This document shows positions 62,208-64,000 of a DNA stretch of 64,000 nucleotides, piece after piece. The stretch comes from an uncultured Desulfosarcina sp. (GTDB lineage Bacteria > Desulfobacterota > Desulfobacteria > Desulfobacterales > Desulfosarcinaceae): positions 576,001 to 640,000 of the forward strand of contig CAXXWQ010000003.1 of the NCBI GenBank assembly GCA_963674945.2. The letters run 5' to 3'. The notes beneath the pieces were generated by a model, which did not search any database, had not been told where the DNA came from, and was given only the letters and a program-made list of their open reading frames with translations. The position numbers were made by a program, and so were the translations under genes. Position 1 is the first letter of the stretch. Every line of letters starts with the position of its first letter.

Positions 62208-62588
62208 ATGAAACAGTTTTACATTCTGATCGCCATTTTTTTGTTGATTGTTGCAAGTAATGCTGCTGCAGCGGATCTCAATGGTACCTGGGAAGGAACA
62301 ATGTATTGCAGCGATGATTTTGGTGCAGTCGGTGAATATTTTAAGGTTGATATCACCCAGATTGGAGATTTTTTTCAAACAGACAACATACAACCGACGC
62401 CGGATGAAATATGTGGTGGCGTTGTCGATGGTAAGAATATCTCCATGAGTTGCCCCGGCGTCGCTGCCAACAATTGGACGCCTTCATTTGCATATGGTGT
62501 GCTTAAAGGCAACAATTTAAATGTAATAAGTCATGTACCATCTGAGGGGAAAACATGTAAAGGGGTTGCAACGCGCGTTTCCAATTAA
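62208..62588 (+). CDS. Small secreted hypothetical protein
   Basis: Signal peptide, DLNGTWEG, four Cys; AT-richer than its neighbours; RBS GGAGG. Confidence 0.65.
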   Translation: MKQFYILIAIFLLIVASNAAAADLNGTWEGTMYCSDDFGAVGEYFKVDITQIGDFFQTDNIQPTPDEICGGVVDGKNISMSCPGVAANNWTPSFAYGVLKGNNLNVISHVPSEGKTCKGVATRVSN

Positions 62589-62630
62589 CGAAAAAGAAAG
62601 TGAATTTTGAAAATTGAAACAAAAGATGTT

Positions 62631-62655
62631 TGGGGCGGTTGTCCGCCCCATTTTT
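62631..62655 (+). terminator. Intrinsic terminator
   Basis: TGGGGCGG-TTGT-CCGCCCCA-TTTTT. Confidence 0.75.
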
Positions 62656-62716
62656 ATGGGGTAGTGCCCATCCAGACACTATGCAATGCAGGTTGCGGAT
62701 GCTGATCCCTCTTCAA

Positions 62717-62992
62717 CTATTTGGATTCTTCCCTGTCAGGACCAAACAATCCCGAGCGCTCCCAACGCCACCCTTTTTTCCGCATGCACTCTTTTATCAA
62801 CTTCATCTCATCAAAATTATCGTAAGTATCAGGCTCGTCACGAATCGACTCCCGGACCCACTTTTCACAAATCTTGTGATCGGAAGCCCACTCCCGGTCG
62901 CTTTTGCTGGGATGGTAGGTCTTGTAGGTACAGGAGGTGGATAGTACAAAAGGGATCATCAGGAAAATCAGGCGAACGATCATTTTTTTCAT
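62717..62992 (-). CDS. Small lipoprotein
   Basis: STS|C lipobox-like; D...C and CMRKKGW; overlaps the upstream stop. Confidence 0.6.
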   Translation of the reverse strand: MKKMIVRLIFLMIPFVLSTSCTYKTYHPSKSDREWASDHKICEKWVRESIRDEPDTYDNFDEMKLIKECMRKKGWRWERSGLFGPDREESK

Positions 62993-63819
62993 TTGCCCAA
63001 TTCCTCGATAATCAGTTCGGGCAGTTTTCCAATCTCACGGTTGTTGATCTGTTTTCCGTTCATGTAAAGTGACGGGGTACCATTCACGCCGATGTCTCGA
63101 CCGTTTTTTAAATCCGCTTCGATCAACTCACGACTGGAAGCCAGATTTCGATCCTTTTCGAATCGATCCATATCCAATCCCACGGTTTTGGCGACTTCGA
63201 CGATTCGCTCTTCGTTCACCCGATTGTATTGCTCTATCAATTTTTCATGGAATTCCCAGAACTTGTTCTGTTTGCCCGCTGCCAGCGCCGCCATTGCCCC
63301 GTCATGGGAAAACTTGTGGCTGGAAAGGGGAAAGTGCTTGACCACGTATTTTACATCGTTCGGGAAGTTCTCCATCACCTGCTGGATGAATTTATCCAGA
63401 CGGGCACAATAGGGACATTGATAGTCATCGAACACCACCAGGGTAACCTTTGCGTCCGCCGGTCCCTTGAACGCCCGGCCGGACAGATCGATATCGTAAA
63501 TCCGGTCAAAACGGATGATGTTGATGTGAGACGGGTTGGCGCCGGTCAACACCAGGCGGTTCTTTTCCTGATAGGCAATCCGATCGTAGGATGTGGTAAC
63601 GGGAATGCGATCGAGAACCGTTTGCTCTTCGGTCGAATATATGAGGACTGCCTTGGCCGTGAGGAAAAATACCAGATCGCCCGATGGATCCGCGGTTACG
63701 TCCAAGACAGGCGAATCCAGCTTCTTGTCCAGAATCGAACGATAATCGAGGGTCGCATTGGATAGGGCCGGGACCAGAAGGATCATGATGACGATAAGTG
63801 CCGAAGGTATCTGTTTCAA
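62989..63819 (-). CDS. DsbA-like thioredoxin domain protein
   Basis: Signal peptide, DYQCPYC, HFPL, GVNGTP. Confidence 0.88.
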   Translation of the reverse strand: MKQIPSALIVIMILLVPALSNATLDYRSILDKKLDSPVLDVTADPSGDLVFFLTAKAVLIYSTEEQTVLDRIPVTTSYDRIAYQEKNRLVLTGANPSHINIIRFDRIYDIDLSGRAFKGPADAKVTLVVFDDYQCPYCARLDKFIQQVMENFPNDVKYVVKHFPLSSHKFSHDGAMAALAAGKQNKFWEFHEKLIEQYNRVNEERIVEVAKTVGLDMDRFEKDRNLASSRELIEADLKNGRDIGVNGTPSLYMNGKQINNREIGKLPELIIEELGK

Positions 63820-64000
63820 AATAGTATCCCCGTTTTTTGCGTTTTATAAATGGGCAGGGTGAATGCAAAGGCCTGTTGATGAATCGAAAGATACATTACA
63901 ACACAACTACTCGCATACGCAACATATCTATTGTGTTGGTATATTGGATGTTTTCTAAAACGGCCAAAACCCACTGTCATTCCAGATACGCTCCTTCAGG

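Overview
This is a GC-rich bacterial window. Gene content suggests a sulfate-reducing Desulfobacterales-type organism (inference). In order it holds: (1) a collapsed macAB-like remnant; (2) a ~19 kb cluster, all on the + strand, with a TonB2/TtpC-type energizer, a TonB-dependent receptor, two tetrapyrrole-methylase genes with apparent export signals, DUF4198/NikL-like proteins, an APC permease, an exported FmdE, a membrane spermidine-synthase-like protein, a Tat-exported double NosL and a flavin reductase; (3) a cas1/PIN scar; (4) a corrinoid methyltransferase cassette with a sigma-54 activator, bracketed by a 148-bp direct repeat of the NRDE gene 3' end; (5) c-di-GMP signalling genes; (6) kbl, a frameshifted tdh, purM and tsaD; (7) an MSHA-like type IV pilus locus in two convergent halves; (8) a degenerate PHP-membrane protein, pgm, a glgC remnant, usp, a thioesterase and a DsbA-like gene. 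Best candidates for undescribed biology: the exported, Cys-pair-containing tetrapyrrole methylases; a four-helix-bundle gene enclosed by inverted 7-mer arrays at the pilus junction, with a gene-less analogue at 29.0 kb; the direct-repeat-bracketed cassette; and three sigma-28-like promoters on pilus/PilZ genes. No rRNA, tRNA, CRISPR array or intact transposase was seen. All calls come from reading motifs by eye; no searches were run.
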